A stretch of DNA of 64,000 nt from Candidatus Omnitrophota bacterium (lineage in GTDB: Bacteria > Omnitrophota > Gorgyraeia > Gygaellales > Profunditerraquicolaceae): the NCBI GenBank assembly GCA_026387355.1, contig JAPLLW010000016.1, positions 6,240-70,239 of the forward strand, given 5' to 3'. The notes beneath the pieces are model-generated. The model did no database searches and had not been told where the DNA came from. It saw nothing but the letters and a program-made list of their open reading frames with translations. Of this stretch, positions 40,684-54,073 are shown piece by piece. The translations under genes and the position numbers were made by a program. Numbering within the stretch: the first letter of the stretch is position 1; each line of letters begins with the position of its first letter.

Positions 40684-42599
40684 TTCAAACTCTCCAAAGC
40701 CCTAAGCGCATTACGTTTAAGCTCTCTATTCCAGAAAAATCTTCTTATGCTTAGCCTTGCAAGACAATCCTTGGCAGCTTTCAAATGCATAGCTTCAATA
40801 ATCCTTATATTCTCAATAATCAACCGGTTATTGATCCCCAATGGGCTGGATATATTAAAGAATAAATCTAGCGCCTGCTTAATAATAAAATCATCCTTAA
40901 GCAAAACTCTTAAAGCCTCTTTCCTTAATGCAATGCTTTTATTTTTAAGCGAAGAAAAGATGAAGTCTGCATCGATCTCGGTTAAATTTTGCATCTGTCT
41001 TAATACCGTAATTTTAGTTAATTCATTTCCGAACGAGTATATTTCTTTAAGCACAGCCAAAGATATAGGAAGGTCTAGTTCTGCAAGAACTTTTATCACG
41101 CAAGTTATAAAATCTAAATCCGAACGCCTATTTCTTAACCGCTCATAAAAAGAATGAAGTTGAGCGGGGACAAACATTAAGAATTGCCTTAAGCCATATA
41201 GGCTAACTTTATTTTCTTCAAATATTTTCTCAAAATAAATATCCGCAGACAGATACGTCCTCTCCATTGAATCAAACAGATAAATGAAATCTTTAGACGA
41301 AAGATCAAACCACATATCTGTTTCTAGATACCCGCCGATCCACTCCTGGATATCTGCTAATGCATCGGCAGAAAACTCCGCTGCAGACTTCTTTTTCTTA
41401 GCAACCTCCAGCAAGGATCTGAAAAAGCTATAGTCTTCGTCGCTATTAATACTTATCCAATCTTTTCTTAATCTTGAAAGAATGGAATCAAGTCCGACTT
41501 TGCTCTTCTCCTGGTCAAAGAAATCAAGGATAACCATACGGTAGCTAAGCTGCAATTGGGTTTGATCAAATACGAGAATACTCTTAAAAGAAATATCTTT
41601 GATTAATGCGGAAAGTGTTAAGCGATAGGATGGGGAGAGATTATCCGACTCCGGACTAAAGAGTATGCCCTTAACCTTCTTAGCCAACGCTTGATTATCG
41701 TTTAAATCTTGCTTTTTCTTGCTAAAAAGAGATGGCATCTTATCCACCCTCTCTCGACCGGCAAGCTGAGAGAACAATTCAAAATTAAGCGTGTTTAGAT
41801 TATCCTTGCTTTTTATTTGCGACAATAAAATATCGGCAAAGTCATTATCATCAAGGGCCCTAAAGACTTCTTTTATCTTATTGATATCTTTGCGGCTCAC
41901 AGTCCCGCTTGAATCCAGAACAATTTGCGTGATGCGCTTTAAGCATTCCGGGAATTTCTCATTGCTAGCGCTCTTAAGTTGGCTTAAGAAACTGCCTAGC
42001 TCCTTACTTAAATTAGCATCTTCAATAATTGATTTAACGCTAAGATTTTTATCAACGCCTGCTAGAAAACTATCAACAAAAGCATTAATTTTATCGGAAT
42101 CCTGAGCCTCTACGTTGGTTTTAAAAAGATAGAGCCAAATATCCTTAGTTTCTTTACCCTCCGAACCCATAAGCCTCGAATAATCCAATTCTTCAATAGA
42201 GATATTTTGGGTACTTACGTTCTTTAGCATATTGGATAAACCATCTTTTTTAAGAATTTCGGCCGGTTGAAGAGAAAGGTTACTTAAAAAATGCGCTAGC
42301 TCTGCAATAGTTAGCCCTGACTTAAATTCTACGCTCTTAATTTTACGGCTATGCAGAATCTGGGAAAGCTCAAAAGATACAAAAACCTTATCCCAATACT
42401 TTCCATCCAGGAATAGTGAACTGGCTGTTACATTAATTTTTACCGGATCCAGAAAACTAAATACCTGGTCTATTTTCTGCTTAAACTCTTGAATTGATTG
42501 TAAGAAATAGGGGTGTTCTGAAGAATAAGCCTGGGTGCTATGAATAACTGTGCGTAACCCTGTAAGGAATCCAATTAACGCTTCATCTTTATTCATCAA
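40680..42599 (-). CDS. large hypothetical alpha-helical protein sharing an N-terminal domain with the downstream HD-GYP protein
   Basis: 639 aa, no enzymatic motif. N-terminus ...SVEFKSGLTIAELAHFLSNL parallels ...RIAINSSLRREELVRFLGFL in the HD-GYP protein. The stop overlaps the HD-GYP start. Confidence 0.5.
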   Translation of the reverse strand: MMNKDEALIGFLTGLRTVIHSTQAYSSEHPYFLQSIQEFKQKIDQVFSFLDPVKINVTASSLFLDGKYWDKVFVSFELSQILHSRKIKSVEFKSGLTIAELAHFLSNLSLQPAEILKKDGLSNMLKNVSTQNISIEELDYSRLMGSEGKETKDIWLYLFKTNVEAQDSDKINAFVDSFLAGVDKNLSVKSIIEDANLSKELGSFLSQLKSASNEKFPECLKRITQIVLDSSGTVSRKDINKIKEVFRALDDNDFADILLSQIKSKDNLNTLNFELFSQLAGRERVDKMPSLFSKKKQDLNDNQALAKKVKGILFSPESDNLSPSYRLTLSALIKDISFKSILVFDQTQLQLSYRMVILDFFDQEKSKVGLDSILSRLRKDWISINSDEDYSFFRSLLEVAKKKKSAAEFSADALADIQEWIGGYLETDMWFDLSSKDFIYLFDSMERTYLSADIYFEKIFEENKVSLYGLRQFLMFVPAQLHSFYERLRNRRSDLDFITCVIKVLAELDLPISLAVLKEIYSFGNELTKITVLRQMQNLTEIDADFIFSSLKNKSIALRKEALRVLLKDDFIIKQALDLFFNISSPLGINNRLIIENIRIIEAMHLKAAKDCLARLSIRRFFWNRELKRNALRALESLK

Positions 42600-42615
42600 G
42601 TTTATTTATTTAAGT

Positions 42616-42876
42616 TTAATCTACGGAATCTAAAAGAATCACAGTTTTGTTCTTAAAAACCTTGAGAAAGCCTTTACCCTTATTGTTAATTATCGTAAGC
42701 CCTCCCGAAGATTCTTTAACGATTATCTTACCTGCCTTAAGATTAGCTATTAAAGGCGCGTGATCCGCAAGTACGCCTAAATAACCCAAGGCAGCCGGAA
42801 CAACTAAAGAAGAAACGTCTCCTTTGTATACTAATGCTCCGGGGGTCAAAATGTTTAAGTAAAAGTTCTTCTGCAT
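42616..42876 (-). CDS. atpC: F-type ATP synthase epsilon subunit (short, lacks the C-terminal helical hairpin)
   Basis: 86 aa beta-sandwich-only epsilon. Last gene of the atp operon. Confidence 0.7.
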   Translation of the reverse strand: MQKNFYLNILTPGALVYKGDVSSLVVPAALGYLGVLADHAPLIANLKAGKIIVKESSGGLTIINNKGKGFLKVFKNKTVILLDSVD

Positions 42877-42885
42877 TTCTTTAGA

Positions 42886-45138
<2,253 letters not shown>

Positions 45139-45142
<4 letters not shown>

Positions 45143-46668
45143 AATTTCATTCTTTTGACAAACTCGTCTTTGAAAGTGCTTATTAAAAGATCCAATTTCT
45201 CCATAAGAAATGAACTTAATTCCTTCTTAGATTGCACCTCTATGGCGATCTCAGGATTCTTATTATCCATATATTCAAAGAATTCATGCTCAAACCTTTT
45301 TACAGCACCTATCGGTAAATCATCGAGAAAACCGCGCGTACCGCAATAAATAATCATTACCTGCTTAGAAATTGGGAGCGGCGTATACTGTTCCTGCTTT
45401 AAAACCTCTACCATCCTCTCCCCGCGGGTAAGCTGTGCCTGCGTAGCCTTATCCAATTCTGTGCCAAACTGGGTAAAAGCAACTAATTCCCGGTATTGGG
45501 CTAAATCTAGACGCAGTTTTGAGGCTACCTGACGCATGGCTTTAACCTGGGCCTTTCCTCCGACCCTGGAGACTGATAAACCTACATTGATTGCCGGGCG
45601 CACACCTGCGTAAAAAAGATCATTTTCCAGATAAATCTGGCCATCGGTAATCGAAATAACATTCGTAGGTATATAGCTGGTAATATCTCCTGCTTGAGTC
45701 TCAACTATAGGAATAGCCGTAAGCGAGCCTGCACCAAGTTCATTATTAAGTTTAGCCGCCCTCTCTAACAAACGTGAATGCAGATAAAATATGTCGCCCG
45801 GATAAGCCTCTCTCCCCGGAGGCCTTCTTAAAAGAAGAGATAGTTGCCGGTAAGCCTGGGCATGCTTAGTTAAATCATCATAAATTACTAAAACGTGCTT
45901 ACCGGAATAAAGCAGCTCTTCGCCCATAGCACAGCCTGAATATGGCGCAAGATATTGTAGAGATGCTGATGCCCGGCTTGATGCGCTAACAATTGTAGTA
46001 TATTCCATAGCCCCGTATTTCTGTAAAGTTTCAGCAACCGCTACAATACTAGACATCTTTTGGCCTATAGCAACATAAACACAATATACATCTTTGCCCT
46101 TTTGATTAATAATTGTATCAATAGTAATTGCGGTTTTCCCTGTCTGACGATCAGCAATAATTAATTCTCGCTGCCCACGGCCGATAGGTGTCAGGGCATC
46201 AATAGCCTTAATGCCTGTCTCAAGTGATTCGCATACCGGCTGACGCTCAACCACATTGGGCGCCCTTGATTCTATGGGTCTAAATTTATTTGTATCAATA
46301 GGACCTTTACCGTCAATGGGCCTACCTAAAGAACTAACTACGCGGCCAAGAAGTGCCTCTCCTACGGGAACCTGAACAATCTTTCCCGTACGCTTGACCA
46401 TATCCCCTTCTTTAATATTCTTATCGGGATTATCCGTGCCAAAAACAACCACTCCAACGCTCTCTTCTTCAAGATTTAAGACCATACCCATGACTTTCTC
46501 AGAAAATTGCACCAGCTCTCCGACCATTACATCGTCTAATCCATGAATACGTGCAATAGTATCACCTACCTGGATAACTGTTCCGATAGACTCCGATCGC
46601 ATACGGGTCTTATATTTTTCTAACTCCTTGCGGATAATCGAAGATACTTCTTCCGGCTTTAATGGCAT
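45139..46668 (-). CDS. atpA: F-type ATP synthase alpha subunit
   Basis: GDRQTGKT Walker A. 509 aa. Confidence 0.95.
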
Positions 46669-46669
46669 A

Positions 46670-47212
46670 TTAAACCTTTACTGTTAAAAGTCTTTCCTTG
46701 AGATCATCTAAACGCCTGCGCACAGAACCATCGATAATAGTATTACCAATAACTACCTGCACGCCACCCAAAAGAGAACCGTCTAAATTTATATAGAATC
46801 TAATCTTACGTTTTAGTTTCATTTCCAACCTCTCTTTAATCTGACGGATTAAATCTAAACCTAGTGGAAAACTAGTCCTTAGTATCGCCTCAGTCTCGCC
46901 CAAGTGTGCGTAGGTAATCCTAACATAATCTGCAATATCAATAATTTTATCAAAACGGTTTTTCTCTAATAAGAACCATAAGAATTCTTTAAACTCTTTC
47001 GAAAAATCTTCCCCAAGGACCTTTTCAATAAAATCGCATTTTTCTGAATACGAAACATCGAAACTGTGCAAAATCTCATAAAACCCCAAATTATCTTTCA
47101 TCAAAAACTTAAGGGCCTTAAAATCACTGACTGCCTTTTTCAGGCCAACAGTCTCTTTAGCAAAATCCATGAAGGCCTCGGCATACCTTTTAACTACCAG
47201 ACGCTCCATCAT
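46670..47212 (-). CDS. atpH: F-type ATP synthase delta subunit
   Basis: 180 aa OSCP/delta-like. Position between atpF and atpA. Confidence 0.75.
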   Translation of the reverse strand: MMERLVVKRYAEAFMDFAKETVGLKKAVSDFKALKFLMKDNLGFYEILHSFDVSYSEKCDFIEKVLGEDFSKEFKEFLWFLLEKNRFDKIIDIADYVRITYAHLGETEAILRTSFPLGLDLIRQIKERLEMKLKRKIRFYINLDGSLLGGVQVVIGNTIIDGSVRRRLDDLKERLLTVKV

Positions 47213-47706
47213 TCTAGCTTATCAACTCCTTCCAGAAAATCATTGATTAACTTTCTATCGCCATCTTCAGTAAGTTTCTCCTGAATAATATTCTCGGTTG
47301 CCTTAATCGTAAGATCGATAATCTCGTTCTTTAATTCATCTTTTGCCTTGGCCAGTTCAAATTTAATATTGGCTTTAGCGCCATCGAGTATCTCTTGCGC
47401 GGCAAGATGCCCGCTCTTGCGTGCTTCTTCTAAAATTAGCTTTGCCTGCATAAGTGAATCCTGAATCTTCTGCTTAGCGAGTTGGTCAATATCCGATATC
47501 TTTAAGTTGTATTCAGCCTTTAGTTCTTCGATCTGCTTATTCGCCTCTTCAATCTTCTTAAACTCAAGAATAATCCTCTCTTTACGCTTATCCAGAAGCC
47601 CTAAAATTCTCTTCCAGACAAAGACCCTGAGCAATATAAGCAGGATTAAGAAGCTTATAACCTGGGCCACAATTTCATTTGCGCTTAACAGCTTTAATAA
47701 TTCCAT
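47209..47706 (-). CDS. atpF: F-type ATP synthase b subunit
   Basis: Single N-terminal TM helix then a long charged coiled coil. Confidence 0.8.
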   Translation of the reverse strand: MELLKLLSANEIVAQVISFLILLILLRVFVWKRILGLLDKRKERIILEFKKIEEANKQIEELKAEYNLKISDIDQLAKQKIQDSLMQAKLILEEARKSGHLAAQEILDGAKANIKFELAKAKDELKNEIIDLTIKATENIIQEKLTEDGDRKLINDFLEGVDKLE

Positions 47707-47744
47707 AAATTAAACTCTCTTAACTATTAAAAATAGCTATTAGT

Positions 47745-47978
47745 TTATAACTTTCCGGATAAGACAAACGCAAATACCAAAGCGTATATAGTTAAAGCTT
47801 CGATAAATGCACAACCCGTAGCCATATTAATCAAGATCTTGGTTGCTGCCTCAGGCTGCCGGCCGGTAGCCTCCATAGCCGAAGAAACCGCCTTGCCTAA
47901 AGCAAGCGCAGAACCAACTGCGACTATCCCCAAACCTAAAGGAATAGCTAAAGCTAACATTGTTTTCTCGTCCATCAT
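47745..47978 (-). CDS. atpE: F-type ATP synthase c subunit (proteolipid)
   Basis: 77 aa two-helix hairpin with the ion-binding Glu in AFIEAL. Confidence 0.9.
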   Translation of the reverse strand: MMDEKTMLALAIPLGLGIVAVGSALALGKAVSSAMEATGRQPEAATKILINMATGCAFIEALTIYALVFAFVLSGKL

Positions 47979-47990
47979 ATCCTCCCTTTG

Positions 47991-48743
47991 TTATACTGCT
48001 TCTTCCTCGTGAGTTAACACAAGGGCTAAATATATTGTTGTTAAAAGGCTAAAAACAACTGCCTGAACTACTGCTGCTAAAATTGCCAGTAACGTACTAA
48101 AAATAATTAGCGGTATGCCGGGAAGTCCGAATCCGGAGAGAACTGATAATAGCATCTCATCCCCCCAGATATTGCTGCGTAAACGTAAAGATAGGCTAAT
48201 CGGCCTGACTAACTCTGAAACAATATGCAGAAGAAACATCATTATCGGGATAAAAACAGAGACTGCAAGAATCCCACGCGGACGACCCATCATATGATCA
48301 AAGTAACCTAAAAAACCTAACTCCTTAAATGCGGAATACTGCACATATACAAATACACAAAGCGCCAGGGCTAAAGTTGTAGACCAGCTTGCGCTTGGCG
48401 ACTTCATAAAAGGGACTATCCCGGATAAATTCATAAAAATTATATATATAAAAAGTGTCCCGATAAAAGGGGTGAAACTTCTGCCCTTCGGGCCTAATAT
48501 GCCGCAGATAAAATCATCAAGCGTACCTACAACCACTTCTATAGCATTCTGCAGACGGCCAGGAATCATTGAGGCCTTACGCGTTCCGAAATAGGCAATC
48601 AGAGAGATAATCACGACGATAATAAGGGAAAAAATAACATTCTCCCAAAGATAAATCTGAGCACCCAGGTGCGTGGTGAGCCCTACTTTATCGGCTAGGA
48701 ATGAAACTAAATTTGGCAGTTCGTGCTGGCTTTCCTGATGCAT
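47991..48743 (-). CDS. atpB: F-type ATP synthase a subunit
   Basis: 250 aa polytopic. Conserved Arg in LSLRLRSN. Confidence 0.85.
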   Translation of the reverse strand: MHQESQHELPNLVSFLADKVGLTTHLGAQIYLWENVIFSLIIVVIISLIAYFGTRKASMIPGRLQNAIEVVVGTLDDFICGILGPKGRSFTPFIGTLFIYIIFMNLSGIVPFMKSPSASWSTTLALALCVFVYVQYSAFKELGFLGYFDHMMGRPRGILAVSVFIPIMMFLLHIVSELVRPISLSLRLRSNIWGDEMLLSVLSGFGLPGIPLIIFSTLLAILAAVVQAVVFSLLTTIYLALVLTHEEEAV

Positions 48744-49072
48744 ATAGACAATACCCCCAAAACTAAAAGAATCGAGAAAACACCTAAAAATAAGCTTGAA
48801 ATGGGGAAGATCTTATAAATCAAGATTAAAAACCCTAGTAAATATAATACTGGAAATTTAATTAAAAGCAATAATAAAAGCTTTTGTTTATCTCTCTGAA
48901 GTATGGCTATTTCTATCAATTTTATTGTCAGTACTAAGTTAACCGTGGACCAAGAAGCGCCAACTAACAAACCGAAAGCAAAGCTAAATCTATGCAAGAT
49001 TACAAAAACTAGAAACGCAATTAAAACTAGCAAGATATTTACCTTAACAGACCTATTTATCAGATCACGCAC
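48707..49072 (-). CDS. atpI: ATP synthase protein I-like small membrane protein
   Basis: 121 aa hydrophobic. Immediately upstream of and overlapping atpB. Confidence 0.55.
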   Translation of the reverse strand: MRDLINRSVKVNILLVLIAFLVFVILHRFSFAFGLLVGASWSTVNLVLTIKLIEIAILQRDKQKLLLLLLIKFPVLYLLGFLILIYKIFPISSLFLGVFSILLVLGVLSICIRKASTNCQI

Positions 49073-49313
49073 CCTCCACTCCTCCCTTATCTATCGCTAG
49101 AACCTTTCTGATTATTCTCACTGCCTCTCTAATTCCGACCACAAGGCCCATCCCCACGCAAACGAGCATTACATAATAAGGAAGCCTGAATTCCTTCTGC
49201 AGATAATCCCCTAAAAAGTATCCGCCCAAAGGAGCAGTAACCATCATTATCGGGATATAGGAGATTAACCCCGCGATTTTTATCCTTTTATATAGCTCTT
49301 CTTTTTTAGTCAT
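49065..49313 (-). CDS. atpZ: AtpZ-like small membrane protein (F0F1-ATPase-associated)
   Basis: 82 aa, two TM helices. First gene of the atp operon. Confidence 0.5.
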   Translation of the reverse strand: MTKKEELYKRIKIAGLISYIPIMMVTAPLGGYFLGDYLQKEFRLPYYVMLVCVGMGLVVGIREAVRIIRKVLAIDKGGVEGA

Positions 49314-49320
49314 AAAAAAA

Positions 49321-49352
49321 CGTAGCTAATTTCTTAAATATTAACTACGCCA
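49321..49352 (-). terminator. intrinsic terminator after the APC permease gene
   Basis: Minus-strand CGUAGUUAAU-AUUUAAGAA-AUUAGCUACG stem-loop followed by UUUUUUU, between 49389 and the atpZ start. Confidence 0.6.
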
Positions 49353-49388
49353 TGGCAAAAAACTTCTTTTATGCGCACCTGCGAACGA

Positions 49389-51368
49389 CTAAACCCTGAT
49401 AGGTAATATGACAAACGGTATGCCCTGGCGGTATAACCTTTTTTGCATCGCAAAAACAGTATAGTTATGCAGCATGCGCACAACAAATGAATCATGTGGA
49501 AATATCAGCTGGCCTCCGAAAAAGACTGCATTTGGAAAGCGCGCGACAACCTTAGGTGCAATATTGCTTACTTCTTCTACAACATCTGTTCCGACATCAA
49601 AGAAACCTTCTGCGTAAAAACCCTGCTTATTCATAAACTTAATGTAACGGGAAATATCATTCTTGCCTTCGGTCTCTACGCGACCAACCTCGTCCTTACC
49701 TTTAAAATTTCCGGCGTCAACTACACCTATCTGTACAAATACAAAATTCTTAAAGATCCCACCGAATAACCTGATTACCCCAAAAAGAGTATGCAAACCA
49801 ATACCATTAAACCCGCTTATTAATAAAACAGCGGTCTTAGCTTTTGGGTCAAATTTATGTTCTAAGTTCAGATTTATCTCAGGATTTAAACGCGCATCCT
49901 CAGCTGACTCGGCAACGGTAACTAAATTATTTAACCTATGGAGCAGCTTTGTAGTTTGATAATAATGCCTCTTGATTAAGATCGCTAGTATAATCAGCGC
50001 GCCGGTAATGAATAAAGTGATCCAGCCACCTTCATTAAATTTCATAACAACCATAGAAACTAAAATAAAGGCGCTTAAAATAAGTCCCGTGCCGTTGATA
50101 AGTATCTTCTTGAGCCAGCCCTTAAATTGAGATCGCAACTGCCACCAGTGACGCACCATGCCTGTCTGGGATAAACAAAAGGTGAGAAAAACATTGATAC
50201 TATATAAAACTACAAGAAACTTAACCGAACCATTAGTAAGTACCATTAAAAATAGGGCAAGTCCTCCCATAATCAAAATGCCGTTCTGATTCACTAATCT
50301 ATCACTTAAAGCTGAGAATCTGTTAGGAAACCAGCGATCATTAGCCATATTTGCCAATACCCTAGGTCCATCTATAAAACCTGTTTGAGCAGCAACAAAA
50401 AGAAGCGTGGCTTCGGAAATTAAGGCAACCAGAACAAAAATATATCCGAACTTACCCCAGTCAACAGTAACCGCTTCGAATAAAATCGCATTTAAGGTTT
50501 TCCCGGATTGAGGAACAATCTTAAAGAGTAGGTAGGAAAACATTAAACCTAAAACTACAAAAGAAAGCGATATTGCCATATAGCGCATTGTATGCTTGGC
50601 TGTTTTTACCTTTGGTTCGCGTAAAACCGGCACACCATTACTAACTGCTTCGATCCCGGTAAAAGTACCGGCTCCCATACTATAAGCTTTCAGCACTAAA
50701 AAAATAGTCCCCCATATGCCTAGTGAGGTTATGGTATTATTCAAATCTCCTTTTGTAGCAGTAGCCAACTCACCTAAATTTGATGAATGCCTCCAGAAGG
50801 CATAGCCAATTATAAAGATATGGGTCACTAGAAAAGTTACGAAAATAGGGGTAAGCACTACTACTGATTCTTTTATCCCTCTCATATTCAGAATCATAAG
50901 AACTAAGACTATACCAACGGCAAAGGCCAGCCTATAAGAGTGCCACTCAATTGGTAGAAAACTAAATACGGCATCTGCGCCGGCAGCGATAGAAACCGTG
51001 ATCGTCAGGACATAATCAATCAGCAAGGCGCAACCTGAAACCATCCCTACGGTAGGAGAGATTAATTTACTAGCAACTAGATAACCCCCTCCTCCGCTAG
51101 GAAAAAGCTCAACTATCTGAGAATAACTTGCGCTTATAACAAATATAGTAATCACTGTTCCCAAAGCCACAAAAATACTTAAGAATGTGTGCGATCCTAA
51201 GGCGAGAAAAGCTTCCTGGGGACCGTAACATGAGGAAGATAACCCATCCGCACCTAAGCCTATCCAGGCAAAGAAGGCTATCAGGGATAATTTATGAAAG
51301 ATCCCGGGAGCTTGCGGATCCCGGGACCCTCCTAAAATAAGATTCTTAATTCTTTTGGTTAAAGACAT
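49389..51368 (-). CDS. APC-superfamily amino acid/polyamine permease with a ~200-aa cytoplasmic C-terminal domain
   Basis: About 12 TM helices typical of APC transporters, then a soluble C-terminal extension. Confidence 0.7.
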   Translation of the reverse strand: MSLTKRIKNLILGGSRDPQAPGIFHKLSLIAFFAWIGLGADGLSSSCYGPQEAFLALGSHTFLSIFVALGTVITIFVISASYSQIVELFPSGGGGYLVASKLISPTVGMVSGCALLIDYVLTITVSIAAGADAVFSFLPIEWHSYRLAFAVGIVLVLMILNMRGIKESVVVLTPIFVTFLVTHIFIIGYAFWRHSSNLGELATATKGDLNNTITSLGIWGTIFLVLKAYSMGAGTFTGIEAVSNGVPVLREPKVKTAKHTMRYMAISLSFVVLGLMFSYLLFKIVPQSGKTLNAILFEAVTVDWGKFGYIFVLVALISEATLLFVAAQTGFIDGPRVLANMANDRWFPNRFSALSDRLVNQNGILIMGGLALFLMVLTNGSVKFLVVLYSINVFLTFCLSQTGMVRHWWQLRSQFKGWLKKILINGTGLILSAFILVSMVVMKFNEGGWITLFITGALIILAILIKRHYYQTTKLLHRLNNLVTVAESAEDARLNPEINLNLEHKFDPKAKTAVLLISGFNGIGLHTLFGVIRLFGGIFKNFVFVQIGVVDAGNFKGKDEVGRVETEGKNDISRYIKFMNKQGFYAEGFFDVGTDVVEEVSNIAPKVVARFPNAVFFGGQLIFPHDSFVVRMLHNYTVFAMQKRLYRQGIPFVILPIRV

Positions 51369-53650
51369 TAAAAAGTAGCCTCGCTCTTTTTCTTAAAGCT
51401 TAAAGCACCGTGCTTTGAATACAGAATTGCCCCAAATATAATAACTAAACAAAGGACTATCCCAATTATAACACCTGTATCAGTTCTTTTGTAATGAATT
51501 ATTATAGGTGCGGCAAGAACCGAAACCAGGTTTATAACCTTAATCATCGGGTTTAATGCCGGGCCAGCAGTATCTTTTAAGGGATCTCCTACTGTATCAC
51601 CGACAACAGATGCTTTGTGCGCCTCTGAACCCTTACCTCCGTATAAACCGTCTTCAATTGTCTTCTTGGCATTATCCCAAGCACCGCCTGCAGTAGCCAT
51701 AAAAACCGCTAAAAGTTGTCCTGAGACGATTACGCCGGCAAGAAATCCACCTAATGCCTCAACCCTAAGCACCATGCCGATTAAAATCGGACTTAATACT
51801 GCAATTAAAGCTAAACCCACCAGCTCTTTTTGCGCAGCCACTGTACAAATATCCACTACTTTTTTATAATCGGGCTTTACCTTACCTTCCATTAATCCGG
51901 GTATATGAAATTGCTTGCGCACTTCCTCTACAATCATGGTAGCAGCACGTGCAACAGCAGTAATCATAAGACTAGAAAACAAGCACGGGATAGCCGCACC
52001 TATTAATACACCTACAAAAACAATCGGTTCTGAAACTCGTATACCTGTTGCCATAATGCGTAAAGCCTCAGGTAATCCCATCTGCATCTGGGCCTTTGCA
52101 ACATCAGTTAAAAACGCGCCGAATAAAGAAACAGCGGCAATAACTGCCGAGCCGATTGCCACACCTTTAGTAATCGCCTTAGTAGTATTACCTACGGCAT
52201 CTAAGTCAGCCATAATCTTGCGTGCCTCTGGCTCTAAATGTGCCATCTCGCCAATTCCATTAGCATTATCAGCGATAGGACCAAAAGAATCCATGGCCAC
52301 ATTGTTGCCGGTTAAAGTAAGCATACCAATGCCGGTCATTGCTACGCCGTAAAGAATGTAAACCACCGGCTGGCCCCAATAAATCATAACCGCTGCGGTA
52401 ATAGTTAAAGCGATAACTATAAACTGCCAGGCTGCTGATTCAAGGCCGATAGAAAGCCCGCGTAAAATCAGAGTAGCTGAACCTGTGCGGCTGGCACTTG
52501 CAATTTCTTTTACCGGCGCATGATGCGTATGTGTGAAATATTTAGTTATCTCATCAATAAGAATAGCTAGAACTATACCCATACCTACGGATAAAAATGC
52601 CCGCCATTCATGCATATAGAAATGCGCTAATATCATAAACGCAAATACAGAGATAGCTGCGGAGGCATAGAAACCGCGGTTGATACTCTTAAATGCATCT
52701 TCCCCGCCTTTTGCGCCTTTCTTACCCTTAACTAGATAAGTACCAATAATAGATGAGACAACTCCGATACCGCGCACAAGCAGCGGAAAAATAATCCACT
52801 TTAATTCACCCGTTAGAGAGACAAGCGCTAAACCTAAAATCAAAGCAGATACAATGGTTACTTCGTATGATTCAAATATATCTGCTGCCATACCTGCGCA
52901 ATCACCGACATTATCACCTACTAGATCAGCAATAACTGCGGCATTTCTCGGATCATCCTCAGGTATATTCTTTTCAACCTTACCTACAAGGTCAGCCCCT
53001 ACATCTGCTGCCTTAGTATATATTCCGCCACCCACGCGCATAAAGAGCGCAAGCAGGGTACCACCGAATCCGAAACCAAGCAGAACATCGGGAGAAGCAA
53101 TACCAAAAACAATAAAGATTATTGTCCCGCCGAATAATCCTAAACCATCAGTAAGCATACCTGTAACCGTACCTGTGCGATAGGCAATCTTTAATGCCTC
53201 GGCAAAACTTCTGCGCGATGCACTCGCCACGCGCACATTGCCGTCAACAGCCATACGCATACCGAATTGGCCAACCGCTAGAGAGAAAAATGCGCCCATT
53301 ACAAAAGCAGCGGCTCTACCGAAACCGACAATAAGCTTAACCATATCCGGGCTAAATCTGCTAAAGCGCGTTAACGCCTCATCTGTCGGAGGAATAATAT
53401 ATACCGAGAAAAATAATACGCCTGTAAGCACAAAAATTAAAGGTAGTATGCTTTTTAACTGGCGGCTTAAATATGCATCAGCACCCGAGCGTATTGCGCC
53501 CCAAACCTCCTGCATCGCAGCTGTCCCTTTATCATGGCGCATAACCTGGCTGCGTAGAAAAACAGCATAACCTAAACCCAACAAGGCAATCAAAAGTACA
53601 CTCCAGATTGCAACTACTTCAAATAAACTTGCCTGCATTAAACCTAACAT
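51368..53650 (-). CDS. hppA: membrane-bound proton/sodium-translocating pyrophosphatase (V-PPase)
   Basis: 760 aa, about 16 TM helices. GDNVGDCAGMAADIFESY and DAVGNTTKA signature motifs. Confidence 0.9.
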   Translation of the reverse strand: MLGLMQASLFEVVAIWSVLLIALLGLGYAVFLRSQVMRHDKGTAAMQEVWGAIRSGADAYLSRQLKSILPLIFVLTGVLFFSVYIIPPTDEALTRFSRFSPDMVKLIVGFGRAAAFVMGAFFSLAVGQFGMRMAVDGNVRVASASRRSFAEALKIAYRTGTVTGMLTDGLGLFGGTIIFIVFGIASPDVLLGFGFGGTLLALFMRVGGGIYTKAADVGADLVGKVEKNIPEDDPRNAAVIADLVGDNVGDCAGMAADIFESYEVTIVSALILGLALVSLTGELKWIIFPLLVRGIGVVSSIIGTYLVKGKKGAKGGEDAFKSINRGFYASAAISVFAFMILAHFYMHEWRAFLSVGMGIVLAILIDEITKYFTHTHHAPVKEIASASRTGSATLILRGLSIGLESAAWQFIVIALTITAAVMIYWGQPVVYILYGVAMTGIGMLTLTGNNVAMDSFGPIADNANGIGEMAHLEPEARKIMADLDAVGNTTKAITKGVAIGSAVIAAVSLFGAFLTDVAKAQMQMGLPEALRIMATGIRVSEPIVFVGVLIGAAIPCLFSSLMITAVARAATMIVEEVRKQFHIPGLMEGKVKPDYKKVVDICTVAAQKELVGLALIAVLSPILIGMVLRVEALGGFLAGVIVSGQLLAVFMATAGGAWDNAKKTIEDGLYGGKGSEAHKASVVGDTVGDPLKDTAGPALNPMIKVINLVSVLAAPIIIHYKRTDTGVIIGIVLCLVIIFGAILYSKHGALSFKKKSEATF

Positions 53651-53668
53651 CTTGTAACCGCTCCTTTC

Positions 53669-54073
53669 TTACTTCTCTGTTGTTGCTGCTATATTAAGAT
53701 TTTTTATTCCCACCATGTTTAATATATCTAACACATCAACGATATCTTTAAAACGCACCAATCTATCCGAACTAATAACTACCCCTACATTAGGATTCTC
53801 TTGGTATCTTGCTAAAACCCTATTCTTTAATTCTTTCCTGGTAATCAAATCATCATCCAGATATATCGCCCCTTCGTTGGTTATAACAATATTCACCGGC
53901 CTCTCAGTCTTAGTAGGAGTAGCACTTGCTGCTACAGGCAAATTTACTTTAATACTCGATTGAATAATCAGAGGCGTTGTAATCATGAATACTATCAAAA
54001 GCACCAAGATAACATCGGTAAACGGAGTTATATTTATCTCTGCTATTAGATGTTTTCTGGTTCGGCCCTTCAT
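53669..54073 (-). CDS. exbD: ExbD/TolR-family biopolymer transport protein
   Basis: 134 aa, single TM then periplasmic domain. Overlaps exbB. Confidence 0.75.
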   Translation of the reverse strand: MKGRTRKHLIAEINITPFTDVILVLLIVFMITTPLIIQSSIKVNLPVAASATPTKTERPVNIVITNEGAIYLDDDLITRKELKNRVLARYQENPNVGVVISSDRLVRFKDIVDVLDILNMVGIKNLNIAATTEK

